64,000 nt of DNA, from contig CAVZLN010000003.1 in NCBI GenBank assembly GCA_963776245.1, positions 1,152,001 to 1,216,000 of the forward strand, read 5' to 3'. The notes under the pieces are model-generated. The model saw nothing but the letters and a program-made list of their open reading frames with translations, ran no database searches and was not told the DNA's origin. A program made the translations under genes and the position numbers. Below are positions 1-13,441 of this stretch, piece by piece. The DNA comes from Candidatus Eiseniibacteriota bacterium (GTDB lineage Bacteria > Eisenbacteria > RBG-16-71-46). The first letter of the stretch is position 1. Each line of letters starts with the position of its first letter.

Positions 1-172
1 GGCCGCTTCGGGCGTGTCATTGCGCGCGGGCGCGCGCCTGAACGACGACGAGTCCACGATGGCGTTCGGCGTGGGCTGCGCGCGACAGTCGCTGCGCGTG
101 GACTACGCGTTCGTGCCGTTCCGCGACCAGCTCGGCGACACCCATCGATTCTCGCTCGGCGCGCAGTTCTGA
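1..172 (+). CDS. C-terminal fragment of PorV/PorQ-family outer membrane beta-barrel protein (partial)
   Basis: Frame 2 reads ...LRAG...MAFGVG...LRVDYAFVPFRDQLGDTHRFSLGAQF-stop. DYAF..LG.THRFS plus a terminal Phe is typical of PorV/PorQ family C-termini. Confidence 0.65.
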   Translation, partial: AASGVSLRAGARLNDDESTMAFGVGCARQSLRVDYAFVPFRDQLGDTHRFSLGAQF

Positions 173-267
173 AGCGCCAGCGCCCGCGGCGCGGACCCGC
201 GACCGGGCACGGGGTCGCGATGCGGGACGTCCGTGGACGCCCTCCGATCGCGGGGCGCGGCCCGAGG

Positions 268-1002
268 TCAGCGGCGGGTGAATTCCTCCAGCCGGATGAC
301 ACCGTCCTCGAGGACCGCGTAGGTGGAGCGCTCCATCCAGTCACCCAGCACGAAGAACTCGCGCCCGCTCTCGCGGCGCTCGAAGGCGTGATGGAAGTGC
401 CCCACCATCACCGCGTCGAAGCCTTCGCGGAAGCGCGGCTCGGCGATCTCGCGCCACAGCCGATCGCTCTCGAGCGGCCGGTCGCCGCGCGCGTGGCGCG
501 ACCAGCCCGAGACCCGATGCGCGAGCGGGATGCCGAGATCGGGGTGGAGCCACTGGTACATGCGGATGCAGGCGCGGCTCCGCAGCACCCCGCGCAGCAT
601 CTTGTAGCCGAGGTCGCCGCCCGCCAGCCCGTCGCCGTGGTGGAGCCAGATCCGTCGCCCCTCGCGCTCGACCGCGAGCCCGCCCTGCACCGTGCGCACG
701 CCGATGGTCTCGGCGAGGAAGCGGCCGAGCCAGAAGTCGTGATTGCCGTTGAGGTAGGTGATGGCCACGCCGGCGTCGTGCAACCTTTGGAGCGCGGCGA
801 GCGTCGGAAAGTGGCGCCGTGGGATCGCGGTGCGATATTCGAACCAGAAGTCGAACAGGTCGCCGACCACGAACAGATCCGAGGCGCGGCCCGGCAGGGA
901 ATCGAGGAAGGCGTGGAGGTGCTTCAGGCGCGGCGCCTCGCGCTCCACCGGCTCCGCCCCGAGGTGGGCGTCGGAGAGGAAATACGCGGCCGGGGAGGAC
1001 AT
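268..1002 (-). CDS. lpxH: UDP-2,3-diacylglucosamine hydrolase
   Basis: Metallophosphoesterase motifs SDAHLG, GDLFDFWFEY, GNHD, HHGD, GHFH, GDW. Confidence 0.85.
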   Translation of the reverse strand: MSSPAAYFLSDAHLGAEPVEREAPRLKHLHAFLDSLPGRASDLFVVGDLFDFWFEYRTAIPRRHFPTLAALQRLHDAGVAITYLNGNHDFWLGRFLAETIGVRTVQGGLAVEREGRRIWLHHGDGLAGGDLGYKMLRGVLRSRACIRMYQWLHPDLGIPLAHRVSGWSRHARGDRPLESDRLWREIAEPRFREGFDAVMVGHFHHAFERRESGREFFVLGDWMERSTYAVLEDGVIRLEEFTRR

Positions 1003-1241
1003 GGCCGCAGTCTAGCGAGCGCTCCCGGCCCCGACAAGCCCGGGTGCGCCGCGGCGCCGCGGTGTACACTGCCGGTCGGCGGCGCATCGCCGATCCCATG
1101 AATTGACGCCACGCTGACAGCAGGCCCGGTCGCGAAGGCAGACTGGGCCATCCTAACTCCATTCGTGAACGGCGCCGGACCTGCAGGAGGCCACCGAGGC
1201 CCCGCGACCCGCGCGCCGCCGTCCATGCCCGGAGGATACGC

Positions 1242-2750
1242 ATGAGTCAGAACCCGTCATCCCACACCCACCCCCGTTCGTACTGGCTCGGCGCCGCCGT
1301 GCTCGTCATCGTTGGCCTCGTGATCGGTCTCGGGCTGAGCGCCAGCCTCGATCTCCAGCGCAGCTCGACCGCCCAGCGCTCGGCCTCCTCGAGGGTCTCG
1401 CCGGCCACGGTCGACGGCATGTACGAGAGCCCGTTCGTATCGGTGGTCGATCGCGCGCTTCCCGCCGTGGTGTTCATCAACGTGCAGAAGAAGGGCGTGG
1501 CCGGTGACGATCAGGACCCGAGCGACGAGATGTTCAAGCGCTTCTTCGGCACGCCGCGCCGCCCGCAGATGCAGCCGTCCTCGGGCTCGGGATTCATCAT
1601 CGACAAGAGCGGGCTGGTGCTCACGAACAACCACGTGGTGAAGGACGCCAGCGATATCACCGTCACGCTCAATGACAAGCGCGCGTTCAAGGCCAAGGTG
1701 GTCGGCACCGATCCGCAGACCGACGTCGCGATCATCAAGATCGAGGGCTCCGACCTGCCGGTGCTGCCGCTCGGGGACTCCGACCGGCTGCGCGTCGGGG
1801 ACTGGGCCATCGCCATCGGCAATCCGCTCGGCGAGCTCAAGGGCTCGGTCACGGTGGGCATCATCAGCGCCCAGGGGCGGTCGAACCTCAACATCTTCGG
1901 TGGCACGCCGGTCTTCCAGGACTTCATCCAGACCGACGCGTCGATCAACTTCGGCAATTCGGGCGGGCCGCTGTGCAACATCCGCGGCGAGGCCATCGGC
2001 ATCAACACCGCGATCAATCCGAGCGGCCAGGGGATCGGCTTCGCCATCCCCATCAACCTCGCCCGCCATGTCGCGGATCAGCTGGTCGCACACGGCAAGG
2101 TGAGCCGCTCGTGGATCGGGGTCACGCTCGCCGACCTCACGCCCGAGCTCGCCGAGGGATTCGGGCTCAAGAGCGGCCAGCAGGGGGTCGTGGTGCAGGA
2201 CGTGATCGACGGCCAGCCGGCGGCCCGCGCCGGGGTGCGCCGCAACGACCTCATCGTGGAGTTCGATGGCCGGCCGGTCGGCGACATGCAGAAGTTGCGC
2301 ATCCAGGTGGCCGATACCCCTCCCGGGAGCCGGGTGCCGCTGGTGGTGCTCCGGGAGGGCCGCCGGGTCGGCCTCACCGTCACGCTCACCGATCGCGATC
2401 AGGGTCTCGCGGCGGCGGCGCTGCCGGGTCCCGCCGGCGAGCAGCCGGAGCAGCCCGGGGCGGACGCGCTCGGAGTGCGGGTGCGCGCGCTGAGCGCAGA
2501 AGAGCGCGCCGACTTCAAGGTCAAGTCCGGCGTGATGGTGTCCGACGTGCAGGAAGGGAGCGCGGCCGAGGAGGCCGGGCTGGCGCCGGGCGAGGTGATC
2601 GAGGAGATCAGCCTGAAGCCGGTCACGACGCCCGCCGAGTTCGCCGCGATGCTCCGCGACGCGCGCACCCAGGGCAAGGCGCACATCGCGCTGCTGGTGA
2701 ACAACGGCCGGCAGACGCGCTTCGTCACGTTGATGGTGCCGGCCAAGTAG
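1242..2750 (+). CDS. Do/DegP/DegQ family serine endoprotease with two PDZ domains
   Basis: [32 protein letters not shown], two PDZ-like regions, N-terminal TM; SD GGAGG upstream. Confidence 0.92.
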   Translation: MSQNPSSHTHPRSYWLGAAVLVIVGLVIGLGLSASLDLQRSSTAQRSASSRVSPATVDGMYESPFVSVVDRALPAVVFINVQKKGVAGDDQDPSDEMFKRFFGTPRRPQMQPSSGSGFIIDKSGLVLTNNHVVKDASDITVTLNDKRAFKAKVVGTDPQTDVAIIKIEGSDLPVLPLGDSDRLRVGDWAIAIGNPLGELKGSVTVGIISAQGRSNLNIFGGTPVFQDFIQTDASINFGNSGGPLCNIRGEAIGINTAINPSGQGIGFAIPINLARHVADQLVAHGKVSRSWIGVTLADLTPELAEGFGLKSGQQGVVVQDVIDGQPAARAGVRRNDLIVEFDGRPVGDMQKLRIQVADTPPGSRVPLVVLREGRRVGLTVTLTDRDQGLAAAALPGPAGEQPEQPGADALGVRVRALSAEERADFKVKSGVMVSDVQEGSAAEEAGLAPGEVIEEISLKPVTTPAEFAAMLRDARTQGKAHIALLVNNGRQTRFVTLMVPAK

Positions 2751-2820
2751 CCGGTGCCGTTCGATGCTCAGCAGCCGTGAGGCGGGGTCCGCCCCGCCTC
2801 ACGGAGCCCCAGGAAGGGGC

Positions 2821-4081
2821 ATGAGGGACACCATTCGCATCCCATCACTCGCACGGACGACCGCGCTGATCGTCGCACTGGCCGGGTGGCCGCATCTCGT
2901 CCACGCCGACGCGCCGCCCCCGGAGGCGCTCACGCTGACCAGCCTGCGCTCGTGGACCGCGCCCGGGAACACGCGCGTGGTGCTCGACTTCTCGGCGTCG
3001 GTCAGCGTGGTCATGCCCGACTCGGGGGTGTCCCGCCTGGTCGTGGTGCGCGTCCCCGGCGAACGCATCCAGTGCCCGCCCGCGGTGCCCACGCGGCTCG
3101 TGGTGGCGGACGGCACGGTGGATTCCGTCGAGGCGCTGATCGACGGACTCGGGCGCCACCTTCACGCTTCTGGCTCGCCGACTCCAACGTCTTCCGGGCG
3201 TTCACGCTGCCGGCGATGGACGACAAGCCGTTCCGCATCGTCCTCGACGTGGAGCGGGCAGGCGGCGATGCGGCGGAGGAGAAGCGGCTCGCCGGCATCG
3301 CGGCCGCCAAGCGCCGTGACCGCGTGCGCGTGGTCGACCATCGACGCCGGTCATGGCGGCGACGACACCGGCGCCCGCGGGCCGCGCGGGGTGCTCGAGA
3401 AGAACGTCACGCTCGCCATCGCGCGCGCGCTCGCGGCCGAACTGGGGCAGATCGACGGGGTGCGCGCCGTGCTCACGCGCGACTGCGGACTACTTCATCC
3501 CGCTGCGCGAGCGCTACCACATCGCGGAGAAGGTGAAGGCCGACCTGTTCATCAGCATCCACGCCAATTCGTCGCGCCGGCGCGGCTCGGGCAGCGGCAC
3601 CGAGGTGTATTTCCTGTCGCTGCGCGGAGCCACCGCCCAGGCTGACGCCGATCTCGCGGACCTCGAGAACGCGGCCGACATGGTGGGTGGGGTGCCGAGC
3701 ACGCCGAGGACGATCTGGTGTCGATCCTCTACGACGTGAAGCGCGCCTCGGCGCTGGAGCAGAGCCAGCTGGTGGCCGAGACGCTGCTCGACCACGTCGC
3801 GGTCGACCGGCGGCTCGAGTCGCGGGGCGTCAAGCAGGCGGGTTTCGCCGTGCTCAAGTCGGTGGAGTTCCCGTCGGTGCTGGTCGAGACCGCGTTCATC
3901 AACAACCCGGTCGAGGCGCGCCTGCTGAAGGACCCCGCGTTCCAGAAGCAGATGGCGCGCCAGATCGCGCAGGGGGTGCGCACCTACTTCGAGCGCACCG
4001 GCGCGACGCGTGTCGGCGCGCCCGCCGGCAGCGGCGCGCCGGTGTCCGGCTCCGCGCCGTCCCGCGGCTCGGGCTGCCTGA
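2821..4081 (+). CDS. N-acetylmuramoyl-L-alanine amidase (AMIN + Amidase_3), split by several frameshifts; end approximate
   Basis: TRVVLDF (AMIN), [33 protein letters not shown] found across successive frames; shifts near 3150, 3335, 3485, 3700. Confidence 0.85.
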
Positions 4082-4082
4082 T

Positions 4083-7000
4083 CTACCGCGTGCCGCGCGC
4101 GCTGGATCCGGCCGTCCGCGGTCACGTCGAGCGCGCCGCCGTTGGCGCTCTTCTCCGTCACGTAGCGCTCGAGCGCGTCGCGCACCAGCGCGCCCTCGTC
4201 CCGCTTGTCACGCCCGCGCCCCAGCGTGGAGTAGTTGTCCCCGCCCGTCGCCATGAAGTTGTTGCACACGGCGCGGTAGTCCCGCGTCTCGACCAGCGGC
4301 GAACCATCGGCGAGGACGATCGACATCACGCGCTGGCCATCGGGCCCGTCGGGGTCGTAGGTGAATCGGATGCCGCTCACCTGCGTCACGCGGCCGTACG
4401 TCAGGCCCTCCTCGATCACCTGGCGCACCTCGGCGCCCGTCAGCGTCACCATCGTCATGGTGTTGTCGAACGGCATGACCTCGTAGATCGAGCCCTTGGT
4501 GAGCAATCCCTCGGGCAGTTCGGCACGCAGGCCCCCGGTGTTCTGGAACGCCACGTCGGTGCGCGTCGCGGCGCGCATGGCGTCGGCGACCAGGTCGCCG
4601 ATCGGGGATTCCGGACTGCCCCGCGGCACGCGGCGCACGGCGCTGCCCACCGGGGTGGCGGCCACCGGGCCGGTGGCTGCGTCCCAGTGCCGCACGCGCT
4701 CGATCCACACGCTGTCGGGCCGCACCTCGTCGCCGTAGGTGGTCACGAGCCGCGCGTGGTGCTCCACCACCTTGCCCGCGATCGGATCCACCACCAGGTC
4801 ACATACCCCCACCACCTGGCCGAGCGCCCCGGGATCATCACCGCGGCGCCGCCGATCTCGTCGAGCACCTGATTGTGACTGTGGCCGCCGAACCACGCGT
4901 CCACGCCCTTCACGCCGCGCGCGAGCCGCGGCAGGTCCCCGCGCACCGCGCGGCGGGTGGAGTCGGTCTCGGCCGGGGTGTGGCCCACGCTCAGCACCAC
5001 CGTGGCGTGGTCGCGCCGGCGCAGCCGGGGCGCGATGCGCGCGGCCCACACCGAGTCGTCCTCGAAGCGCAGGTGGGCGACGTTCGCCGGGAGCGTCACC
5101 GAGGGCGTGTTGCGGAAGCACAGCCCGAGCACGCCCACCTTCACGCCGCGCCGCACGAACGCCGTGTCGGAACGGATGTCGCGCGGCATGCGGCCGGTCG
5201 CGCGCACGATCATGTTGGCGCCCAGCGCCGAGAACCGCATCTCCGCGATGCGGCGCGAGAGCGTGTCCGCGCTCCAGTCGAAGTCATGGTTGCCGACCGC
5301 CATCGCGGTGTACCGCAGCGCGTCCATCTGTTCGACCACCGGGCGGCCGAACTGGAGATTCGAGATCATGGTGCCCTGCGAGCAGTCGCCACCGTCGAGC
5401 AGCACCGTGCCCTCGGGGTTCTCGGCACGCAGGCGCTCCACGTGGGCGGCGAGCACCGCGCTGCCGCCGATCGGCCGGTTGGTGCGGCGCTCCCTCGCGC
5501 CGCCGAGGATGGCGCCGTGGAAGTCGGTGGTCTCGAGCACCCGCACCTGCGGGAAGCGCGCGTTGGCGATCAGCGCGAGCGCCTGCCCGCGGGTGAGGAC
5601 CGTGCGCCGGATCGGCGCCCAGCGGCACGCCGGTCGCCAGTGAGCGTCGGAACGATGCGGCATCGGCGGCGCTCTTCAGCGAGTAGCGCGCGCGCTTCGC
5701 CGCCGCCACCAGCGCGTCGAGGGTGGCGCCCGCGGTCGCGGGGGCACCCGCCCTCACGCCGGCCGAGACCGGCACCGGCCGCGACCCGAACGCGCGCGCG
5801 GTCCACGCTGCGACCTCGGGCGCACGGGCGACGGAATCGGCCGCGAGCGCCGCCGCCTCATCGGGCGCCAGCACGCCGCGGCGCACCAGCAGGTCGAGCA
5901 GCGGGCGCGTGCTGCCGGTGGCGTACGACGGGCGCACGTGCCAGTCGTCGTGCCACGCCCCGTCCACCCGGCCGGCGCGGGTGAGGGTCTCGACCAGCAG
6001 GTCGCGGATGCCGGTGCGCCCCTCCGCCACGCGCGGCGCCCGGCGGATCATCTCGAATCCGCCGCCGCCGTTGGCGCGGTACGAGGACACCGCCACCTTC
6101 AGGGACGCGGCCGGGTCCAGCGGCGCGCCGCGCCAGGCGAGCCCGGTGATGCGATCGCCCACCGGCCGGGTGAGATCGATGGCGTACGACACGCCCTCGG
6201 CCATGTCGAACTGGTAGCCCGGCACGGCGGCGTCCGCGAGCGGACGGCCATGCTCGAAGGTGTAGCGCGCCAGGTGGCGCGAGGACTGCTCGAGCGCGGC
6301 CTTGAGCTCGGCGCCGGTCAGCCGCACGGTGACCAGCGTGTTGTCGTACGGGTAGAGCCGCATCGCGTCGCGCAGCCGGATCGGCCCCGGGGCGATGCGG
6401 GCGGCGGGATCGAACAGCGCCGCGAGCGTGACGTCCGCGCCCGAGGCCTCGCGCATGGCGCGGTGCACCAGCGCCCACAGCGGGCCGGGCGCGTAGCGCC
6501 CGCGCGGCGCGCCGATCTCCGACGTGGCCTCGCCGATCACCCGGTCGAGCGCCGTCCGCGTGGCGTCGTGGTAGGGCTGGGCGAACGCGGCCAGCGCGCT
6601 GTCCGCCGGCATCCCGTCGGTCACCTCGATGACCCGCGCGCGCTTCTCGGCCACGCTCCACGGCGCGTTCGCGGCGTCCCGCCGGAGGGTCAGGTCCACG
6701 CGTCCGAGGTCTTCGGCACGCGTGCCGGCCTGGGTCACGAGCGTCCCGCCCACGGTCGCCGCGGGCACCACGGCGTGCGTGTGCCCGAGCACGATCACGT
6801 CCGCGCCCCGGACCTCGTTGGCGAGCCGCACGCCCCAGTTCTCGTCCGGGGCGTCGCCGCTGCGCTCGACGCCGGTGACGGGGTCCTTCTCGAGCCCGGT
6901 GTGCGCGAGGAGGACGACGACATCCACCCGCCCGGCCGCGCGCAACCGTCCGATCTCGGCGTTGGCCGCGTCCACCGGCGAGGTGAACCGCAGGCCCTCG

Positions 7001-7551
7001 AGGTCCGCGGGCGACTCGAGCGCGGGCACCGCGGGCGTGGTCACGCCGACGATCCCGACCCGCAGCGCCCCGCAGGTCTTCACCACCGAGGCATCGAACG
7101 CCGGGAGGCCATCGCTGATCCGCACGACGTTGGCCGCCAGCCACGGGAAGCCCGCGGCCGCGCGCGCCGTCGTCCGCACCCCCGGACCGAACGAGAACTC
7201 GTGATTGCCGACCGCCATCGCGTCGTAGCCCATGCGGGCCATCGCCGCGGTCATGGGCTCGGGCCGCGCATGGTCGCCCTGCTGGTAGACGGTCACCAGC
7301 GGACCGCCCTGGATGGCGTCGCCGTCGTCCAGCAGCAGCACCGGCACTCCTTCGGCGCGGATCGCCCGCACCAGCGGCGCGAGCTTCACCAGGCCGCGCG
7401 GGGCGGGCCGGTCGGCGAGGTAGTCCCAGGCGGTGAGCGCGCCATGGAGGTCGGTGGTATGGAGCACGACGAGGCGGGCCTCGTCGGCGGCGGCGGCGCC
7501 CGCGACGAGCGCGAGCGCGAACAGGGCGGTAAGCAGCGGTCGGAGGCTCAT
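4083..7551 (-). CDS. Secreted bifunctional 2',3'-cyclic phosphodiesterase/5'-nucleotidase with two tandem metallophosphoesterase + 5'-nucleotidase-C units (frameshifted; end approximate)
   Basis: Unit 1 has HTTDLHG, DDGD, GNHEF, GHTH, YPYDN. Unit 2 has ETTDFHG, DGGD, GNHDF, GHSH, NTGGLR, MPFDN. Signal peptide; shifts near 5600, 4825 and 4095. Confidence 0.85.
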
Positions 7552-7683
7552 AGGGCGACGAACGCTAGCACCGGGGATGACGCGGGGCAATCCGCGCCGG
7601 CCCGGGCGCGCCTTGCCCGGCGCGCACGGGCACGCCTATAGTCGCGGTCTCATTTCCCCATTGCGGCCCGCCGAGGAGGAACG

Positions 7684-8499
7684 ATGTCGGACACCCTGAA
7701 CTGCCCGTCGTGCGGGCAGGCGATCCCCGCCGGAAGCGACAGCTGCCCGTCGTGCAACTTCCCGCTCAAGCCGGTGGCGGCACCGCCGCGTCCGGGCGCG
7801 GGGCCGGCCGAGGCTCCGGTCGTCATCGAGCGCCCGCTGCCGCGCCGGCCGCGCCGCGCGCCGGCCGCGAACGCGCAATCCATGACGCTGTGGCTGGTCT
7901 TCGGCGCCATCGCGGCGGCCGCGGTGATCTACGTGGCGTTCCAGTCCACGCTCCAGAACCGCCCGGCCGCTCCCACGGTCGAGGGTGCTAACCAGGACAT
8001 GCAGAAGCATGTCGCCGAGCTGACCGCCACGCTCGCCCGGGACTCCACCAACGTGGACGCGCGCCAGCACCTGGCCGACATCCTCTACGACACCGCCAAC
8101 TGGAACGACGCCATCGTGCAGTACCGCTCGGTGATCCGGCAGGACTCGAGCCGGGCCACCGCGCTCGTCGACCTCGGCGTGTGCTACTACAACCTCGGGT
8201 TCGTGGACATCGCCAAGCGGCACTTCGAGCTCGGGCTGCAGCGTCAGTCCGATCATCCGGTGGCGCTGTTCAACCTCGGGATCGTCGCGGAGCGGCAGAA
8301 CGACCTCGAGAACGCGCTCAAGTACTACCACCGGGCGATGCAGTCGAATCCGCCCGCGGGGATGCAGCAGGCCCTCAACGACGCCACCCTGCGCGTGATG
8401 AACGCGCTCGGCCGCAAGCCGCCGCCGCTCCCGGCCACGTCTCAGGGCGGGATGCCGGGCGGCATGCCCCCGCCGGGGATGCCTTCGGGCGGCAAGTAG
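7684..8499 (+). CDS. Zinc-ribbon, single-TM, tetratricopeptide repeat protein
   Basis: CPSC..CPSC N-terminus, TM segment, TPR helices (ALVDLGVCYYNLG, ALFNLGIV); SD GAGGAGG. Confidence 0.8.
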   Translation: MSDTLNCPSCGQAIPAGSDSCPSCNFPLKPVAAPPRPGAGPAEAPVVIERPLPRRPRRAPAANAQSMTLWLVFGAIAAAAVIYVAFQSTLQNRPAAPTVEGANQDMQKHVAELTATLARDSTNVDARQHLADILYDTANWNDAIVQYRSVIRQDSSRATALVDLGVCYYNLGFVDIAKRHFELGLQRQSDHPVALFNLGIVAERQNDLENALKYYHRAMQSNPPAGMQQALNDATLRVMNALGRKPPPLPATSQGGMPGGMPPPGMPSGGK

Positions 8500-8577
8500 C
8501 CCACGACCGCGAACCGACGCCGGGCTCCGCCGCACGGGGCCCGGCGCGGACCACCCTCCAAGTCGAGAGCACTCTCC

Positions 8578-9999
<1,422 letters not shown>

Positions 10000-10113
10000 G
10001 CGGCGGGAGGGCCGGGCAGGCCGTCGCCCGCGCCGCTCCCGCGCGCGGCGCCCGGCATCGCGCCGGCTGACCCGGCCGGCGCTGGCGCGGTCCCCACGGG
10101 AAGGAGAGCACCC

Positions 10114-10524
10114 ATGACCCTGACCCAGCATGGCTACGGATTCGGCACCCGGGTGGCGCTCGGGTTCGACGCGGCGATCCAGAAGACCACCGAGCTCCTC
10201 CAGTCCGAGGGCTTCGGCGTGCTGACGACGATCGACGTGAAGCGCACGATGAAGGAGAAGCTCGACGTCGAGTTCCGCCGCTACACCATCCTCGGCGCCT
10301 GCAACCCGCGGCTCGCGCATCGCGCCCTCGAATGCGAGCCGGAGATCGGACTGCTGCTGCCGTGCAACGTCATCGTGTACGAGGACGCCGGCGGCACCGT
10401 GGTGTCGTTCCTCGACGCCGGCGCGGCGCTCGGGTTCGTCGGCAATCCGGCGCTCGACCCGGTCGGCGCCGAGGCGCGGGAGCGGCTCGAGCGCGTGGCG
10501 CTGAGACTCGAGGCGCTGAAGTAG
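10114..10524 (+). CDS. DUF302 domain protein
   Basis: EGFGVL..IDV, YTILGACNP, IGLLLPCNV. Confidence 0.88.
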   Translation: MTLTQHGYGFGTRVALGFDAAIQKTTELLQSEGFGVLTTIDVKRTMKEKLDVEFRRYTILGACNPRLAHRALECEPEIGLLLPCNVIVYEDAGGTVVSFLDAGAALGFVGNPALDPVGAEARERLERVALRLEALK

Positions 10525-10590
10525 TCGCGCGCGCGGGGCCGGCGGGGCCCGGGCTCCGGACCCCCGGCGCGCCCCCGATCCGCGCGAGCA

Positions 10591-10619
10591 TTGACACCCC
10601 GCACGGGCGTTCCTAGATT
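10591..10619 (+). promoter_or_regulatory. sigma70-type promoter of the two-component operon
   Basis: TTGACA-17bp-TAGATT just upstream of the kinase. Confidence 0.6.
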
Positions 10620-10630
10620 GCGGTCGGCTC

Positions 10631-12050
10631 GTGCCGTCACGGCGGGCGCGCACATCCTCCATCGCCCCAGCCGGGGAGGCGAACCTGCAGCGGACCATCT
10701 CCGCCACCGTGCTGTTCGCCGCCGCGGCGGCCGTCGCGACCGCGCTGCTGGCGTGGGTCGCCTACCGCGGCGTGAAGGGCGCGCTCGAGGCGGAGTTCGC
10801 GCGGCGCATCGCCGGCGCGGCGGCGGCGACCGCGGCGCAGATCGGCGCCGAGGACATCGCCGACGCGCAGCCTGCTGGGCGAGGACGGCACCGGCTACGC
10901 GGCGCTCCAGGTGCAGCTCGAGGGTCTGCGCGTCAGCGCCGGGCTCACCAGCGCCTCGGTGTTCGACCGCGCGCGCGTGACCCTCTACGACAGCCGCGGC
11001 GCCGAGTACACGCACGAGGCCACGCGGCTCGACACGCTCGCGCACACCGCGGTGACCACGGCGCTCGCCGGGCGCGCCGCGCTCTCGCCGCCGTACCTGG
11101 TCCACGGCGTGCCGCACCGCGCGGCACTCGCGCCGGTGGCGGCCGCGGGGAGGGCCGCGATCGGGGTGATCGCGGTCGAAGCGCCGCTCGACTACCTCCC
11201 GGTGCTCATGCGCTTCCGGCGCACGCTCGGCCTCGCGACCCTGCTGGTGGCGATCGCCATGACCGTGCTCGCGGGGCTGGTGGCGCGCGCGGCGCGGACC
11301 TCGGCGCGCCTCGAGCTCCGGCTGTCGCGCGCCGAGAACCTCGCCGCGATGGGACGGCTCACCGCCACGCTCGCGCACGAGATCAAGAACCCGCTCGCCA
11401 TCATCCGTGGCTCGGCACAACGCCTCGGCCGGCTCGCGCCCGAGGCCCAGCGCATGGCCGATTTCGTCGTCGAGGAGAGCGACCGCCTCGCGGCCACGGT
11501 CGAACGCTACCTGCAGTTCGCCAAGGGCGAGCCGGTGAGCGCCGGCGAAGGGGACGCGGTCGCTTCGCTGGGGGCGACGCTCGAGCTGCTCGAGGGCGAG
11601 CTGCGCGCCCGGCGCGTCGCTCTGGTGCGCGCGGCGGGCGGTCCGGCGGCGGCGCCAGTCGCGCTCGACAACGAGTCCCTGAAACAGGTCTACTTGAACC
11701 TGATGCTCAACGCGCTCGACGCCATGCCCGAGGGCGGCACGCTCACGGTGGCGGCGGCCGAGCGCGGCGGAGGCGTGGAAGTGCGGATCACGGACACCGG
11801 GCCCGGCATGCCGCCCGAGGTGACGCGCCGCCTCGGGGATCCGTTCTACACCACCAAGGCGAAGGGCTCGGGGCTCGGGCTCTTCCTGACGCGGCGACTG
11901 GTGCAGTCGGCCGGCGGCGCGCTGGAGATCCGCAGCGCGCCCGGCGAGGGCACTGCGTGCACGGTGCTCCTGCCGGCGCGCCGGGCCCGGGCGGACCAGG
12001 AGCCGCGGGCCGCGCGCGCGGCCGGCACGGACGGAGAGGACGCGACGTGA
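10631..12050 (+). CDS. Membrane sensor histidine kinase (NtrB-like), one frameshift near 10872
   Basis: Two TMs, H-box AHEIKNPL, N-box NLMLNA, DTGPG, GSGLGL; first TM lies in the frame of ORF 10631. Confidence 0.88.
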
Positions 12051-13441
12051 GAGTGCTGGTGGTGGACGACGAGGTGCGCAACGCCGAGCTGGTGGCGCTG
12101 GGGCTGCGCGACGCCGGGCACGAGACCGAGTGGGTGACCGGTGGCGCGGACGCGCTCCGGCGGCTCGAGGCCGGTGGCTTCGACGCCGTGGTCACCGACC
12201 TGCGCATGGCGCCGCCCGACGGCCTCACCCTGCTCGAGGAGGCGAAGCGCCGCTGGCCGTCGCTCACGGTGGTGCTGATGACCGCGTACGCCAGCATGGA
12301 GACCGCGCGCCAGGCGCTCAAGCGGGGCGCCTACGACTACGTGGACAAGGCGGGGGAGTTCGGCGCCGAGCTCCGGGTGATCCTCGAGAAGGCCGCCCGC
12401 GAGCGCGCGCTCACCGACGAGAACCAGGCCATCAAGCGGCTGTTCGCGCCGGTGATCGGCGACTCGCCCGCCCTGCAGGGCGCGCTCGAGCTGGCGCGCA
12501 AGGTGGCGGCCACCGGTTCCACCGTGCTGCTGCGCGGCGAGAGCGGCACCGGCAAGGACCTGTTCGCGCGCGCCATCCATCTGGCGAGCCGGCGCGCGGG
12601 CGGGCCGTGGATCAAGGTGAACTGCGGCGCGATGCCCGAGGCGCTGCTCGAGAGCGAGCTGTTCGGCCACGAGAAGGGCGCGTTCACCGGCGCCATCCGC
12701 CAGAAGGCCGGGCGCTTCGAGGATGCGCACCGGGGCACCATCTTCCTCGACGAGATCGGCGAGCTGCCGCCGGCGCTCCAGGTGAAGCTGCTCCAGGTCA
12801 TCGAGGAGAAGACCTTCACGCGCGTGGGCGGCAACGCGTCCCTCACGGTGGACGTGCGCATCCTCGCCGCGACCAACCGCGACCTCGAGGCCATGACCCG
12901 GTCGCACGCCTTCCGCGAGGATCTGTTCTTCCGGCTCAACGTGTTCCCGATCGTGCTGCCGCCGCTGCGCGAGCGCGCCGGCGACGCCACTCGGCTGGCC
13001 GCGCACTTCCTCGAGCGCCACGGGGCGCCCGCGGGCCACCTGACGCCCGCGGCGCTGCGCGCGCTCGAGCTCCATCCCTTCCCGGGCAACGTGCGCGAGC
13101 TCGAGAACGCGCTCGAGCGCGCGCTCATCCTGGCGGGCAGCGATCCGATCGGGATCGAGCACCTGGCGTTCGCGGTCGCGGCGGACCCGGTGGGCGCGGC
13201 GCGCGCGGGCACGCCGCCGTGGGTGCCGTCCATCCCGCCGGAAGGGCTGTCGCTCGAGGTGCTCGAGCGCGCCCTGATCGTGCAGGCGCTCGAGCGCGCC
13301 GGTGGCAACAAGAGCCAGGCCGCGCGCCTGCTGGGGCTCACGCGGCGCACCCTTTACTCGCGGATGGAGCGCCACGGTCTGCGCCGGCCGGGCGAGGGCG
13401 ACGACGGCGGTGGTGACGACGACGCAGGAGGCGAACCGTGA
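12047..13441 (+). CDS. Sigma54-dependent response regulator (NtrC/AtoC family: receiver-AAA+-Fis HTH)
   Basis: VLVVDDE, TDLRM, GESGTGK, GAFTGA, FLDEIGE, FPGNVREL, NKSQAARLLG; GTGA overlap with the kinase. Confidence 0.93.
   Translation: MRVLVVDDEVRNAELVALGLRDAGHETEWVTGGADALRRLEAGGFDAVVTDLRMAPPDGLTLLEEAKRRWPSLTVVLMTAYASMETARQALKRGAYDYVDKAGEFGAELRVILEKAARERALTDENQAIKRLFAPVIGDSPALQGALELARKVAATGSTVLLRGESGTGKDLFARAIHLASRRAGGPWIKVNCGAMPEALLESELFGHEKGAFTGAIRQKAGRFEDAHRGTIFLDEIGELPPALQVKLLQVIEEKTFTRVGGNASLTVDVRILAATNRDLEAMTRSHAFREDLFFRLNVFPIVLPPLRERAGDATRLAAHFLERHGAPAGHLTPAALRALELHPFPGNVRELENALERALILAGSDPIGIEHLAFAVAADPVGAARAGTPPWVPSIPPEGLSLEVLERALIVQALERAGGNKSQAARLLGLTRRTLYSRMERHGLRRPGEGDDGGGDDDAGGEP

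Noticed and set aside
1123..1149. Hairpin GGCCCGGTC..GACTGGGCC in the degP leader as an RNA thermometer or riboswitch
   Set aside because: It lies ~80 nt from the SD, does not sequester it, matches no aptamer I recognise, and such stems are common at this GC content.
10631..13441. Apparent 936-aa TM-response regulator fusion
   Set aside because: The kinase N-terminus is frameshifted near 10872 into the regulator's frame; these are separate HK and RR genes.
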